Of a stretch of 63,440 nt of DNA, positions 1-9,774 are shown one piece after another. A model generated the notes under the pieces. That model was not told the origin of the DNA, ran no database searches, and was given only the letters and a program-made list of their open reading frames with translations. The stretch is taken from IMG/VR virus record IMGVR_UViG_3300047509_000062, positions 1 through 63,440 of that record. One strand, given 5' to 3'. A program made the position numbers and the translations under genes. The stretch is from a virus (lineage: Duplodnaviria; Caudoviricetes). The first letter of the stretch is position 1, and each line of letters begins with the position of its first letter.

Positions 1-126
1 AGTTCGATACCGCACCCAGCCGCCTCCGGAGACATTGCGTATTCAAAAAACGCGAGCATTTGCTGGCGAGTTTCAGCGTCGCTCATCTATTCCCTCCGCG
101 CTTCTATGGCGTGCATCTTAATCATC
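1..126. repeat. Terminal direct repeat, copy 1 (circular assembly overlap)
   Basis: Bases 1-126 are identical to 63314-63439; the next base differs (t vs a). Confidence 0.95.
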
Positions 127-273
127 TCGTGCATGAGGCCACTCACACTGGCTCGGATTCCCCCGCACGCACGGCTTCTGCCCGTCTGCACACCGTGAGC
201 AGTTATGGTATGCGAATATGCCGGGGCGCGAATGATCGGGGTCGCGGGGGTCGGGTTTGTGGTCGTCGGTCAT
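118..273 (-). CDS. Small Cys-rich hypothetical protein
   Basis: MTDDHKPDPRD...CSRC...C...C; its start overlaps the upstream stop (ATGA). Confidence 0.5.
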   Translation of the reverse strand: MTDDHKPDPRDPDHSRPGIFAYHNCSRCADGQKPCVRGNPSQCEWPHARDD

Positions 274-647
274 GTCTCTTTCCGCCTCTCGTATTGGCCG
301 AATCCGATCTTGCGCCATTTCTTGGGGTCTGGGCTCCATTGGCGCTTCGGCTTCGTGATGCCAAGATGTTTCTTCCGTGTCTTGGCGACCGATGATTTCT
401 CAGCTACGTCCCTCGCCGTTTTCGGCTTGCAGCAATTCGAACACGCAGGGGCCAAGTTGGCTTCGTTGTTCTCGCCGCCGTTGATGATAGCCTTGACGTG
501 GTCGCATTCCCAATACTCCGAAGCCGATATTTTCCGCTCGCACAGATAGCAGCGTCCGTCGAACCGCTCGAACACGCGGAGCCGAACGCGGGGCGGCGGG
601 ACAGCATCATCGTCCTTACCAACCCATCTATCGACGCTGCGACTCAT
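270..647 (-). CDS. HNH endonuclease
   Basis: GRCYLC...WECDHVKAIINGGENNEANLAPACSNCC HNH/zinc motif; start placed at MSRSVDRW. Confidence 0.85.
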   Translation of the reverse strand: MSRSVDRWVGKDDDAVPPPRVRLRVFERFDGRCYLCERKISASEYWECDHVKAIINGGENNEANLAPACSNCCKPKTARDVAEKSSVAKTRKKHLGITKPKRQWSPDPKKWRKIGFGQYERRKET

Positions 648-657
648 CCCGTCCGCC

Positions 658-1032
658 TCAGTCCGATGGCAGCTCAGGCTCTCCGTCTGGCGGCGGCACT
701 GGGGCGTTCTGGCCGCCAAGTGGTATCGGACGATCCGTCACACCGCTATCGTTCCCGATTGCCGTCTGCGTCTCCCCATTCCCGCCCTTCCGCTTCCTGG
801 GCTTGCTCTGCCGGCGCGGGGCGTCGATGGATTCGACCGCAATCTTGGGGCGGAATATACGCTTGACCGGCGTGCATTGGATTAGGATAGCTTCATCAAC
901 AATGCCATCAACGGCAAGCCGCGCGAAGTCCATTGCTTCGCTCTCGGTGCGGAACTGCTCTCGTGTGCCACCGTGAATGACAGCCCAATGGCCTTTTGCG
1001 TAGTCGATTGATCCGTCTGAAATTGTCGTCAT
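658..1032 (-). CDS. Hypothetical protein
   Basis: 124-aa ORF translationally coupled within the leftward operon. Confidence 0.55.
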   Translation of the reverse strand: MTTISDGSIDYAKGHWAVIHGGTREQFRTESEAMDFARLAVDGIVDEAILIQCTPVKRIFRPKIAVESIDAPRRQSKPRKRKGGNGETQTAIGNDSGVTDRPIPLGGQNAPVPPPDGEPELPSD

Positions 1033-1451
1033 GCTGCGCGTTCCTCATGTTCTGGCGGAACCAAAAGGTCCGCGAATACTGCCGGGTCGATTCCCCATTC
1101 GTCATAAGCCGTCGCGATACACCGCTCGAAAAATGCCGAGAATGCGAGCTGATCCATCTTGGCGAACGAGATGGACTTCGGCAATCGTAACTCGCCGTAT
1201 GTTTTCGAGCGCACGATATCGCAATGGCCGGTCGAAATCTTGAACATCTGAATGACGATATCCGCCGCAACGCCAGTGGCACCCGCGATCCGATGAACGA
1301 GCGCAAAGAACAGGCGGTGATGCTGCAATGATCGCGGCTGCTTCACTTCGCAATGTAATGGCTTCCCGAACGGCAGACGTGAAAACTCCACCGCGCTCTC
1401 GACCGAATCCGGCAAGAGTGCATCGCCTTTGCGCTGGAGCCAGAGGTCCAT
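1029..1451 (-). CDS. DUF1367/NinB-like recombination-associated protein
   Basis: PRSLQHHRLFFAL and PKSISFAKMDQ..F..FF motifs; next to RecT. Confidence 0.75.
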   Translation of the reverse strand: MDLWLQRKGDALLPDSVESAVEFSRLPFGKPLHCEVKQPRSLQHHRLFFALVHRIAGATGVAADIVIQMFKISTGHCDIVRSKTYGELRLPKSISFAKMDQLAFSAFFERCIATAYDEWGIDPAVFADLLVPPEHEERAA

Positions 1452-1453
1452 GA

Positions 1454-2662
1454 CTACGCCGCGCCACCCAATGTTGCGGCCTGCGCCTTATATGCCGCGA
1501 TCACACTGCTATAGGCTCGCGGTGCGCATTCCTCGCACGAATCGAGCGTGGCCGTATTCTCCTGAAGCCATTGCGAAAGCTCGCCAACGCTCTGCGCTGC
1601 TTTGAATGCGCCGATGATGCTGGTTCCCCATGCAACGAAGTCAGGTTGCTTATTGCGCTCTGGCAACGGCAACGCTCGCGGCCCAACCTCGCCGGTCTCT
1701 GGATCATGCTCAGGCGTTTGATGCGCCATGTCCCGGAAGCCATCGCGGTCGATTGCGCGTTGATCGGCTTCGGAGAGGGGTACTAGTTCCGGTTGCGGCG
1801 CGCCAAGGTCCGGCATAGGAACCGTTTGCTTGTGTTCGATGCTTGGCGACGGCGGTGCGGGTGGCGGTGACGGAGGTACAAGCGTCAATGCCGGTTCTGC
1901 CGCTTTCGAGAAATCGAAATTGTCTGCATCGTCGCGCTGGATGATTTCGCGCATCGTATCACAGACCGGCACAGTTTTAATTCCACGGCGAAGAACGGAC
2001 TTACGGTAGCCCTCGCTCTGGAATTTCGTCCACATAAGGCTATCTTTCGCCTTGGACTGGTTCCGCGTCATCTCGATTTGCGCCTTGTCCATGACTTCGC
2101 GATGCAAGATCGTTCCATCCTCGCGTTTGTAGATGCAATATGCGCCGATCATATCTCCGCGTGGCGTGCCGAGTTTGGCAGGCTCATGTTCAATCTTCGG
2201 ATCATCGCCCTGCCGCCAGACGAATGTATCGTTCCCGTGGACAACTTCGGTGTTCGCGATAACGCCGTCGAGTTCCCGGAGCCGCTTGCGGAGTCCGTGC
2301 GCCATCGGGTTCCACTGCGCACGCTTCTCCCATCGGTCCGGTTCGTTTTTCTTTTTATCCGCGACGTTCGTGTTGTAGACGGCTATATGTCCTTCGCGAC
2401 CGTCAGGAACCAATCCATCCTGTGCGGCGCGCACCACAGCCGCCATGACGGAGCGGATTGTTGCCTTAAGAATGTCCGGGTCTTGGCGAACGGCGGCGAT
2501 GACGGTGTTCTTGAACCGATCAATTGAAACCGTTGACGGGAGCATAGACGCGATGCTTTGCGACCGTTCGTTAAGCTCGGCCTCGAATGCGTCATATTGC
2601 ACAAGCGCGCCGTTACCTTTTCTGCCGCCCGGTATGCCTTCGTAGTGCGGTGTTTGTGTCAT
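1454..2662 (-). CDS. recT: RecT-family single-strand annealing protein with a C-terminal extension
   Basis: RFKNTV..AV.QDP.I, AAQDGLVPDGREG, GAYCIYK..DG..HREVMDK.QIE..R..SK, W.KF..E..RKSVLRR. Confidence 0.9.
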   Translation of the reverse strand: MTQTPHYEGIPGGRKGNGALVQYDAFEAELNERSQSIASMLPSTVSIDRFKNTVIAAVRQDPDILKATIRSVMAAVVRAAQDGLVPDGREGHIAVYNTNVADKKKNEPDRWEKRAQWNPMAHGLRKRLRELDGVIANTEVVHGNDTFVWRQGDDPKIEHEPAKLGTPRGDMIGAYCIYKREDGTILHREVMDKAQIEMTRNQSKAKDSLMWTKFQSEGYRKSVLRRGIKTVPVCDTMREIIQRDDADNFDFSKAAEPALTLVPPSPPPAPPSPSIEHKQTVPMPDLGAPQPELVPLSEADQRAIDRDGFRDMAHQTPEHDPETGEVGPRALPLPERNKQPDFVAWGTSIIGAFKAAQSVGELSQWLQENTATLDSCEECAPRAYSSVIAAYKAQAATLGGAA

Positions 2663-2671
2663 ATTTCCCTC

Positions 2672-2893
2672 CTAGAACGGAATATCGTCGCTGGACGACG
2701 GTGCCGGTGCCGGAATCGGTGGCGGTGGAATGATCTCCGATTCCTTTTTCGGCGATAGCGTTACGGTCGCGCCGGAGTATCCAGATATGTTAACGTCCGC
2801 CTCGTGGCTGGTGAGCAGATTGAGATTTTCTAGCGCCCGATCTCCTATGATCTTTTGCGCTTCGCCTTGAGTGAATTTGACGGTGATGTCCAT
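2672..2893 (-). CDS. Small protein ending in an SSB-like acidic tail (DDIPF)
   Basis: 73 aa with a Pro-rich linker and C-terminal SSSDDIPF; good RBS. Confidence 0.7.
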   Translation of the reverse strand: MDITVKFTQGEAQKIIGDRALENLNLLTSHEADVNISGYSGATVTLSPKKESEIIPPPPIPAPAPSSSDDIPF

Positions 2894-2905
2894 GACATGT
2901 CCCTC

Positions 2906-3904
2906 CTAGGTGACTTTGCGTTCTTCGGTGACTGTGCAGCCGCCAACCTCATATCCAGCATCGACGGCCTTCTGTGCGAGCTTCGAAATCAGCGCCTTGA
3001 GTTCCAGATTGGCTTTGAGCGATAGATAGGCGGCATCGAAATCCTGCACGACGCAAATTTTGACGAGCTTGACGGCGGCGGCGCGTCCGTATGCCCCGCG
3101 TATGGCCGTGACGGGCTCTGGCGCTAGCGGCGGTGGGACCGGAACGATTGGCGCAGCCTCCGGCATCGGCGCGTCTGGATGAGCCGCTAATTGAGCCGCA
3201 ATGGCCTTCTGGCGCTCGGCTTCGGCGGCGCGGCGCTCCTCCTCGACCTTGCGGGCTACTTCTGCGACCTCACGAGCCTTTCGGGTTTCATGCGCTCCAA
3301 GGGCCTTGGCAATCCCGTCTGCCGTCGCCTTAGCCGCTTTCACCATCGGATTCCAAAGCGCGTCTATTGTCTTGCCGGCCTCAAGATGGGGAGCTTTGAG
3401 CTTCTCGCGGCGCTTGTCGGCTTCACGGCTCAGTTCCAGAAGCCGCGACCGGACACTCTGTGCCTTCGATGCCGTCTCATCGTCGCGAATCTCAGCATAT
3501 TCGGCTGCATTGGCCGAAGCGGCTGCGATCTGCGCGGCTATGATGTCGGCGTCATCGGTTGGCCCACGATTGTCTCCGATGCCTGGGGTTGCGAGCGATT
3601 GCGTCACGGCCTCGTCCAGATCAGGCCATTTGCCGGTCTCAGACCATGCACGGTATGATGCTTCGGTAACTGGGTACTGCGCTACCCATGTCCAGACATT
3701 TAGAGGATCGACCTGCTCGCCATTCTGCACGGCGATCATGTCTCCGGTTTCTGGGTGTGGAAATATCGCCACTCCAATATAGCCGCCACCTTTGGACGTG
3801 CGCCGGCGGAAAAACCCATATTGCGGTTCTGATTCATGGATTGGTAGCAATTCACTACCAATCTTCTCCCCCGCTATGGCGCGCTGCCACCATTCGTAAG
3901 TCAT
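2906..3904 (-). CDS. Phage coiled-coil hypothetical protein (recombination module)
   Basis: 332-aa ORF with a long helical segment, upstream of RecT. Confidence 0.75.
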   Translation of the reverse strand: MTYEWWQRAIAGEKIGSELLPIHESEPQYGFFRRRTSKGGGYIGVAIFPHPETGDMIAVQNGEQVDPLNVWTWVAQYPVTEASYRAWSETGKWPDLDEAVTQSLATPGIGDNRGPTDDADIIAAQIAAASANAAEYAEIRDDETASKAQSVRSRLLELSREADKRREKLKAPHLEAGKTIDALWNPMVKAAKATADGIAKALGAHETRKAREVAEVARKVEEERRAAEAERQKAIAAQLAAHPDAPMPEAAPIVPVPPPLAPEPVTAIRGAYGRAAAVKLVKICVVQDFDAAYLSLKANLELKALISKLAQKAVDAGYEVGGCTVTEERKVT

Positions 3905-4443
3905 GCGGCCCTCCGTGTTTTAGGCACGCGACGGTTCGCTGCCTGCTGTTCCCATGTTGCCCATCGGCAGTTATCTGGCGAATACCCAGCGTCATTGTTG
4001 CGTCGGTCAAGTGTCAGACCTGCGGGACGTAAACCCATATCAGCCAAGAAGCATTCGAATCCGCTCTTAACTCCATCACCATTTGCCCATTGATCGCATA
4101 CCGTAATTCCGCGGCCGCCGTAGTCTGGGTATGGCTCTGAGTTAGGATTTAGACAGCGATCCTTCATCGCGTACCAGATGCGATATTATGTGGTCTTATG
4201 CCCAGCCCGTGAGTGGCCGTGTTTTGTGAGTGCTTTCACTGTCGCATCGGTACGCAGACATCCGCAGCTTTGAGATTTTCCGGTTCGGACCTGGGCAGGC
4301 TGGAATGTCTTTTCTGTTCCGCAATCGCATATACAAATGACCTTCCTGCCTGTTCCTATCCTAGTAGCTCCTATGCAAACCAATCGGCCAAATCGCCCTC
4401 CTATCATAGCCAGAATTGCAGCAGATTGAGCCGGCCTGCCCAT
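3901..4443 (-). pseudogene. HNH-type homing endonuclease interrupted by an in-frame TAA
   Basis: RFGRL...CICDCG...SQSCGC...KHG then HKTT*YRIWYAMKDRC...YGGRGITVC...LTLDRRNND.GYSPDNCRWAT, all in one frame; stop at 4186-4188. Confidence 0.85.
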
Positions 4444-5945
4444 CAAAACATCCTCCATCCGAAAACGCCGATAACGATGCCAGCCGCAATCGCCGCGAGC
4501 CAGAAGCGGTAGCCCAACCGATGCTCATGCCGTAGCGGACGCCACGGCGCGAGCTGGACGCCTTCGATGGACCATGTGCGCTCACGATAGGCGGCGGCGC
4601 GGTACGGCGAAACGGCTGCCGTGCTACGAGCGATGGGGAATTGTGGCGTCATGGTCGAAACAGCAACTTGCCGCGCTTCAAACGCTTGGCAAGTTTGCCG
4701 CCCTTTATCATCGGTGTGGCGCCGTATCCAAAGCCACTGCGATGGGAACCCCACGAAGGAGACCTTTGCCGTGGCAACTCAGGTTCTGTTGCCTTCGCTG
4801 GCTCCGAGAAGTCCCCCATTCCGAATGCAGCCATTGCAGCCGCTGCCATTCCAACGCTAAGTTTGCTCATGGCTTTTCCTTTGCAACGAACTCGATAACC
4901 CCGCTACCGCGCTTCACCATGCAGATTTCGACGGCTCCAATTTGAAAGAGTGCCTTTAGCGCGTCCATGCTGGCGCAGATGTTCTCTGGCGTATCGAGGC
5001 GGAGCCGGTTGATGCGGACAGCGGTTTCGCTGCGCCGGTCTGCGAGGTCTTTCTGGGTGAGATGGTGGACGGTCATTGCTCGCCAGCCAATCCGCAAAAA
5101 CCGCGCGGGTCTTGTGCATTTTGTGGCCAATTATCTTTCGGCAACGTACCCCAACTATCTCGCCAGCGCCACGCCATGCAATAAGACGCGACACAATGCA
5201 CATTGCAATCGTGTCGATTGACCGGAGGATTGTCAGTCTCGCTTGTGCGTTCAAACATCTGCACTCGCGAAAAGGGACACCACTTCGTTTTCGCCTCGGC
5301 TTCGGAAAGCGCACTCATCGTTCAACCTCCGTCCCCGAATGGCGACATGGATATACCCGCCCGTCTATTGCGAGGAAGGATTGCCGCCCTTCGCAGCGCG
5401 GACAAGCCTCAGCATTCGCCCGCGCCAGCGCGCATTCGGAGCGCCAAGCATCAATGTCGAACGGGGCTGGTGTGAAGTGTATGAGACCGTTGTGACGGCG
5501 GAAACCTTCGCTGCTCATGTTTCATCCTCCGTCAAATCGAGCAACACGGTTTCGCCCACGCTGATCTCCGTGTTATCCTTGCAGAGATGGATACTGTTCT
5601 TGTACTGCATGATGCAGGTGATACCCCATTCGTCATCCGGGAGCGTGAGCCAGACGCGGAGATCGCCGTTTACGCGGTCAAGAGCGTTTCGAAGGTCGCG
5701 AACCGTGATCGTTTTCATGTTATTGCCTTTGCATATTGGTAGAAATCGAGCCGTCCGATGTGTGGCGCAGCGCGGGCCACCATGTCAGCCTTTTCGAAAT
5801 CAAGGTTTTCTGCAATCCAGTCGAACTCGACCGCGCCTGAGTTGCCGCTTGCTTCGCGTCCGCGTACAATGGCCACAGAGTAGGCGCGTCCAGACGAACC
5901 GTAATCGCGCGGCTGGATGATTGCGAAATTGACGTGCGTGCTCAT
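4443..5945 (-). CDS. Run of small coupled hypothetical early genes (4443-4652, 4649-4870, 4867-5076, 5073-5318, 5315-5518, 5515-5718, 5715-5945)
   Basis: Successive ORFs joined by overlapping stop/start codons; 5073-5318 has the EAKTKWCPF...CVASYCMAWRW...GFCGLAG Cys motif seen in phage proteins. Confidence 0.6.
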
Positions 5946-6021
5946 GGCCCCACCAACAGGAATGGGAGGGCGAAACACACCGCCATCAGCACGAGCAGGG
6001 CGAGAAATTCGCGGAGGTAGA

Positions 6022-6807
6022 TCATTTGCCAACCTGTTTGGCCGCGCGCTCGCGCATGTCAGCCAGCGCAGCTTCGTTTGAAGCTCCCCAATTAGGAATT
6101 GGCGCATCAGGTGTCGATTTCAGATAGAGCAGCATTCCCGCGTTAGCCGAACCGAATTTGCGCTCCAGCGCGAACCCTTCTTTGCCAGCTAGGCATATCG
6201 CGTAACCGGCGCGGCAATGTGTCGTGTTGCACCAATTCGTTTCGTCGCACGCCGCGCCATGCCAACGGGCCATTTCGAAGCCGTTAGTTTTCTTCGCCTT
6301 GTTTTCTTCGATGGCAGCGAGAATCGCGGCGTCGATGTTGGGAATGAGCGGGACTGTTTCGAGAATGTCTTTGATTTTTGCACCGCGCAGGACGGCACCG
6401 CTCAGGTCGGCACAGCTCAGGACGGCACCGCTCAGGACGGCACCGCTCAGGTCGGCACCGCGCAGGACGGCACCGCTCAGGTCGGCACCGCTCAGGACGG
6501 CACAGCTCAGGTCGGCACCGCGCAGGACGGCACCGCTCAGGACGGCACAGCTCAGGACGGCACCGCTCAGGTCGGCACCGCTCAGGTCGGCACCGCTCAG
6601 GTCGGCACCGCTCAGGACGGCACAGCTCAGGTCGGCACCGCGCAGGACGGCACCGCTCAGGACGGCACAGCTCAGGACGGCACGGCTTTTGTAAGCCCAC
6701 TTCGCGGCAAGCCCGCGCTTCACATAAACGCTCTCGCTTGCTTCGCATTCGATCTCAGCGGTGAATTGAACCTTGCCGCTAAAGCGGTTGAGAATGTCGA
6801 ATTTCAT
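6022..6807 (-). CDS. Pentapeptide repeat protein
   Basis: About 20 A(V/D)L(S/R)(G/C) repeats between unique N- and C-terminal domains (TTHCRAG). Confidence 0.9.
   Translation of the reverse strand: MKFDILNRFSGKVQFTAEIECEASESVYVKRGLAAKWAYKSRAVLSCAVLSGAVLRGADLSCAVLSGADLSGADLSGADLSGAVLSCAVLSGAVLRGADLSCAVLSGADLSGAVLRGADLSGAVLSGAVLSCADLSGAVLRGAKIKDILETVPLIPNIDAAILAAIEENKAKKTNGFEMARWHGAACDETNWCNTTHCRAGYAICLAGKEGFALERKFGSANAGMLLYLKSTPDAPIPNWGASNEAALADMRERAAKQVGK
6381..6683. repeat. 15-bp tandem repeat encoding the pentapeptides
   Basis: Units g(a/t)cggcac(c/a)gc(t/g)cag. Confidence 0.9.
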
Positions 6808-6962
6808 AGTCCCGCACTCCGATAGATTGATTGGAACATCTCGCCCATCGCCTTTGCTGCATCGAGATTCGCTTCGGCTTCCGCCTCGATCTTCGCATAT
6901 GCTCTGGCGATGACTTCGGCGGACGGATGGCGCTCCCGGAACTCTGCGGCTGTTTCTGGCAT
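6804..6962 (-). CDS. Small hypothetical protein
   Basis: MPETAAEFRERHPS...; stop overlaps the pentapeptide gene start. Confidence 0.5.
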   Translation of the reverse strand: MPETAAEFRERHPSAEVIARAYAKIEAEAEANLDAAKAMGEMFQSIYRSAGL

Positions 6963-6963
6963 T

Positions 6964-7302
6964 TTACCACCTTTTGTCTTTGAGGTCGGAAAGACGAAGA
7001 GGCGAGGATGCGACGGCTCGTTTCGGAAGGGTTTTGTATTCCCACCATTCGGAGCCGTCATATTCGCCGCGCTCAAGCCACCAATCATCCCCGACGATAA
7101 CGAGAGTGGAGACAATTTCATTGCCGCCGTAGCCATCGTCGTATTTGAAGTCCGCCAGAGCGGCGAATTCATCCCACGACCCGGCGGCGTGCGTTGGGAT
7201 CTTGCTGTATTGGTCCGTAGTCGAGCCGACCCAGCGAACGTCTGCCGGCGATTTGCCGTTTCTGGTCAGGGTCTCCAAAGTTTCGGCTAGAAGGTTTTCC
7301 AC
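6964..7302 (-). CDS. Phage hypothetical protein
   Basis: NLLAET...YDDGYGGNEI...LVIVGDDWWLERGEYDGSEWW motif; first gene of the leftward operon. Confidence 0.7.
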   Translation of the reverse strand: MENLLAETLETLTRNGKSPADVRWVGSTTDQYSKIPTHAAGSWDEFAALADFKYDDGYGGNEIVSTLVIVGDDWWLERGEYDGSEWWEYKTLPKRAVASSPLRLSDLKDKRW

Positions 7303-7380
7303 GGCTCAATTCCCTCTTGACGGGGGGACAATTTCAGAATACCGATTGCCTGTCAAGCCGGTCAAGCGAGATAAGTCTGA

Positions 7381-7587
7381 ATGCCGACAAAAAATCCTCC
7401 ACCCCCCCCCAAGCCAGAATATACGGCCAAGATTCTGGCCCTCAAGGTGGGGCAAACAATCTTGCTCGATGGCGAGGCGGCGAGCATCCAGCCGATCATA
7501 ACCAGGATCAAGCGGCGCAACCGCCATCGGTGCCAGTATCAGAGCCAGCAGCAGATGGGCGGCGTTAGGGTGTGGAGGATTGCATGA
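7381..7587 (+). CDS. Small basic putative DNA-binding protein
   Basis: ALKVGQTI...GGVRVWRIA; first gene of the divergent rightward operon. Confidence 0.6.
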   Translation: MPTKNPPPPPKPEYTAKILALKVGQTILLDGEAASIQPIITRIKRRNRHRCQYQSQQQMGGVRVWRIA

Positions 7588-7714
7588 CACCGTGGCATCT
7601 CCTCCTCGCCATCGCCCTCCTTATCGCGTCGTGCGTGGGATCGTTCTGTATCCATCGGTTATATGAGTGCCACAAGGCCGCGAGCGAGCGGGTTTACAGG
7701 AGGCTGTTCGGGCG

Positions 7715-8056
7715 ATGAGCGCTGTTCCTGTTCGGCTCCAATTAAGCCGCAAACGCGGGTTCAATCTGCATCGGCTATCTGTCGAAACGAACGGTTTATT
7801 AGCGGTAAACGTAACACGCCCACATAGCACATTCCAGAACAGATGGAAAATAGGTGTTTGGAGCAATAGGTTGGGAAGAGCCGTGCAAACCATTGAGGAG
7901 GCTGTCGAATGTTTCAGGGCCTCTAGCGGGTGGGCGACCGAGTCTCATATGCGCGGTTATGTTCAAGAGAGGTTGCGCGGACACAATCTCGCGTGCTGGT
8001 GCGGCGCTGATTCGCCATGTCACGCTGACGTTCTTCTGGAGATTGCAAACGCATGA
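7715..8056 (+). CDS. DUF4326 domain protein
   Basis: PVRLQLSRKRGF...VTRP...LRGHNLACWC....CHADVLLEIAN. Confidence 0.85.
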   Translation: MSAVPVRLQLSRKRGFNLHRLSVETNGLLAVNVTRPHSTFQNRWKIGVWSNRLGRAVQTIEEAVECFRASSGWATESHMRGYVQERLRGHNLACWCGADSPCHADVLLEIANA

Positions 8057-8235
8057 CACTCTTATTTGCAACCGTCCGCGGAATCCTCAAGCGCCGCTCG
8101 CGGGCGTATCTGACCATGCACGCTGCAGTACTACGGAGCCAATCAGACGCTGAGCGCATACCGGACAGGCTGACTAAACATCGTGAGCGCTCGGCTGTCT
8201 GGCGGCAGCGGGCGGAATTGGTCGAATTGGCGTAG
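8053..8235 (+). CDS. Small hypothetical protein
   Basis: Coupled 60-aa ORF. Confidence 0.45.
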   Translation: MTLLFATVRGILKRRSRAYLTMHAAVLRSQSDAERIPDRLTKHRERSAVWRQRAELVELA

Positions 8236-8243
8236 GGGTTGAA

Positions 8244-8966
8244 ATGGCTGAGAATACCGCAATTTCATGGTGTGACTCGACCTTTAATCCATGGGTAGGA
8301 TGCACGAAGATAAGCGCTGCCTGCGATAATTGCTATGCCGAATCGTGGGCGAAGCGCAGTGGTCACGCCGAACTATGGAGCGGGGAGCGCAGGCGCACGA
8401 AAACATGGGGCGACCCGCTAAAGTGGAATCGCGAAGCCGGTTTATGGGGCAAGCGTCCGCGAGTGTTCTGCGCGTCTCTCGCAGACGTGTTCGACAATCA
8501 GGTGCCGCGCGAGTGGCGCGCCGACCTGTGGGCGCTGATTTCCGACTGTCCAAATCTCGACTGGCTGTTGCTCACCAAGCGCCCGCAGAATATCGCCAAG
8601 ATGTTGCCGCCAGCGTGGCCGTGGCCGCATGTTTGGCTCGGCACAACAGTCGAATCGCCGCACGAATATCGCCGCATCAAATATCTGCAAGCCATTCCAG
8701 CTACCGTGCGGTTTCTAAGCATGGAGCCGCTTCTAGCGAGGTGTGACGACATTCCGCTGGACGGTATTCATTGGGTAATTTCCGGGGGTGAGAGCGGCAC
8801 GCATCATCGGCCAATCGACAAAGGATGGGTGCGGTCTATTCGCGACCAATGCGCCGCTCGCGGCATCGCATTTCATCACAAGCAATGGGGCGGCGTAAGA
8901 CCAAAGGCGAACGGCTGCGAGCTTGACGGGCGAGAGTGGAAAGAGTTTCCGAGGCTTGCAGCATGA
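8244..8966 (+). CDS. DUF5131 (phage Gp37/Gp68) family protein
   Basis: TAISWCDSTFNPWVGCTKISAACDNCYA, RVFCASLADVFD, LLTKRP, RFLSMEPLL, WVISGGESG, KQWGG. Confidence 0.92.
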   Translation: MAENTAISWCDSTFNPWVGCTKISAACDNCYAESWAKRSGHAELWSGERRRTKTWGDPLKWNREAGLWGKRPRVFCASLADVFDNQVPREWRADLWALISDCPNLDWLLLTKRPQNIAKMLPPAWPWPHVWLGTTVESPHEYRRIKYLQAIPATVRFLSMEPLLARCDDIPLDGIHWVISGGESGTHHRPIDKGWVRSIRDQCAARGIAFHHKQWGGVRPKANGCELDGREWKEFPRLAA

Positions 8967-9322
8967 AGCGGCACAAGTACGGGGCAATCGCCAAGACTAT
9001 CGACGGGCATCGCTTCCCGAGTTTAGCCGAAGCGCGGCGCTACGAGCAACTCTCGATGATGTGCAAGGGGGGAATTATCTTCGGGCTGCGTTTGCAGCCG
9101 AAGTTTGCTATTGTCGTGAACGGGCAACACATCTGCAACGTGATTCCTGATTTCGCCTATTTCGAGGATGGGCAATATGTGGTCGAGGACAGCAAGGCCG
9201 GTGTTCGAACGGCGATGCACTCGCTCAAAGCCAAGCTCCTCAAAGCCACACACAACATCACGATTCGCGAGACCGGCAAATCATCGAAGCGTGTTCTGCC
9301 ACGGAGGGCAAAAGCAGCATGA
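8963..9322 (+). CDS. DUF1064 family putative nuclease
   Basis: HKYGA...IDGHRFPS.AEARRY...LQPKF...PDFAY....VVEDSK. Confidence 0.85.
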   Translation: MKRHKYGAIAKTIDGHRFPSLAEARRYEQLSMMCKGGIIFGLRLQPKFAIVVNGQHICNVIPDFAYFEDGQYVVEDSKAGVRTAMHSLKAKLLKATHNITIRETGKSSKRVLPRRAKAA

Positions 9323-9774
9323 GCGAACACATCCTGCATCGCGGCCACGCACGAAACGCGAAAGGCCGAAACAAATACAGCGACGGCGGCATATGGACCA
9401 CCGAACTGACCGAAGAGATCATTCGCATGTGTCGCGAGCGGTTGTCAGCGGGACAGATCGCAAAGGCGCTGCACATGACGCGCAATCAAGTCATCGGCAA
9501 ATTAAACCGCTTGGGGTTCAAGCTGAACTCGCGAGCCCGCAAGCCGCCGTCTATCCCAGAGCCATCGCCGTCAGAAATCGAAACGCTCAATGTGCCACTG
9601 TCTCAGATGCCGGATCGTGGGGCCTGCAAATTCATCGAGTTCGAACCCATCTATGATGCACTGTGCTGCGGACTGCCGGTCGCGGTTTCTGGAGCATCTT
9701 ACTGTCGTGGGCACATGCGCGTCTGCTATCAGCCAATGAAATCGAAACCTCCTGCGGTGACGGTGGAGGCATGA
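9319..9774 (+). CDS. gcrA: GcrA-like cell-cycle regulator
   Basis: WT......M....LSAGQIAKAL.MTRNQVIGKLNRLG N-terminal domain and CKF...CCG.P.....SYC.GH...CYQP C-terminal domain. Confidence 0.85.
   Translation: MSEHILHRGHARNAKGRNKYSDGGIWTTELTEEIIRMCRERLSAGQIAKALHMTRNQVIGKLNRLGFKLNSRARKPPSIPEPSPSEIETLNVPLSQMPDRGACKFIEFEPIYDALCCGLPVAVSGASYCRGHMRVCYQPMKSKPPAVTVEA

Noticed and set aside
1-126. Biological terminal repeat of T7 type
   Set aside because: The length is close to a common assembly k-mer and the repeat cuts through a coding gene.
4186-4188. Stop-codon reassignment
   Set aside because: A single case; TAA, TAG and TGA all end intact genes elsewhere, and the tRNA has a normal Gln anticodon.
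6381-6683. Repeat array as a CRISPR or other non-coding repeat
   Set aside because: Contiguous 15-bp units with no spacers, explained by pentapeptide coding; the ORFs in other frames are shadows.
6022-6807. Qnr/MfpA-type quinolone resistance gene
   Set aside because: Only generic low-complexity pentapeptides with phage-type flanking domains.
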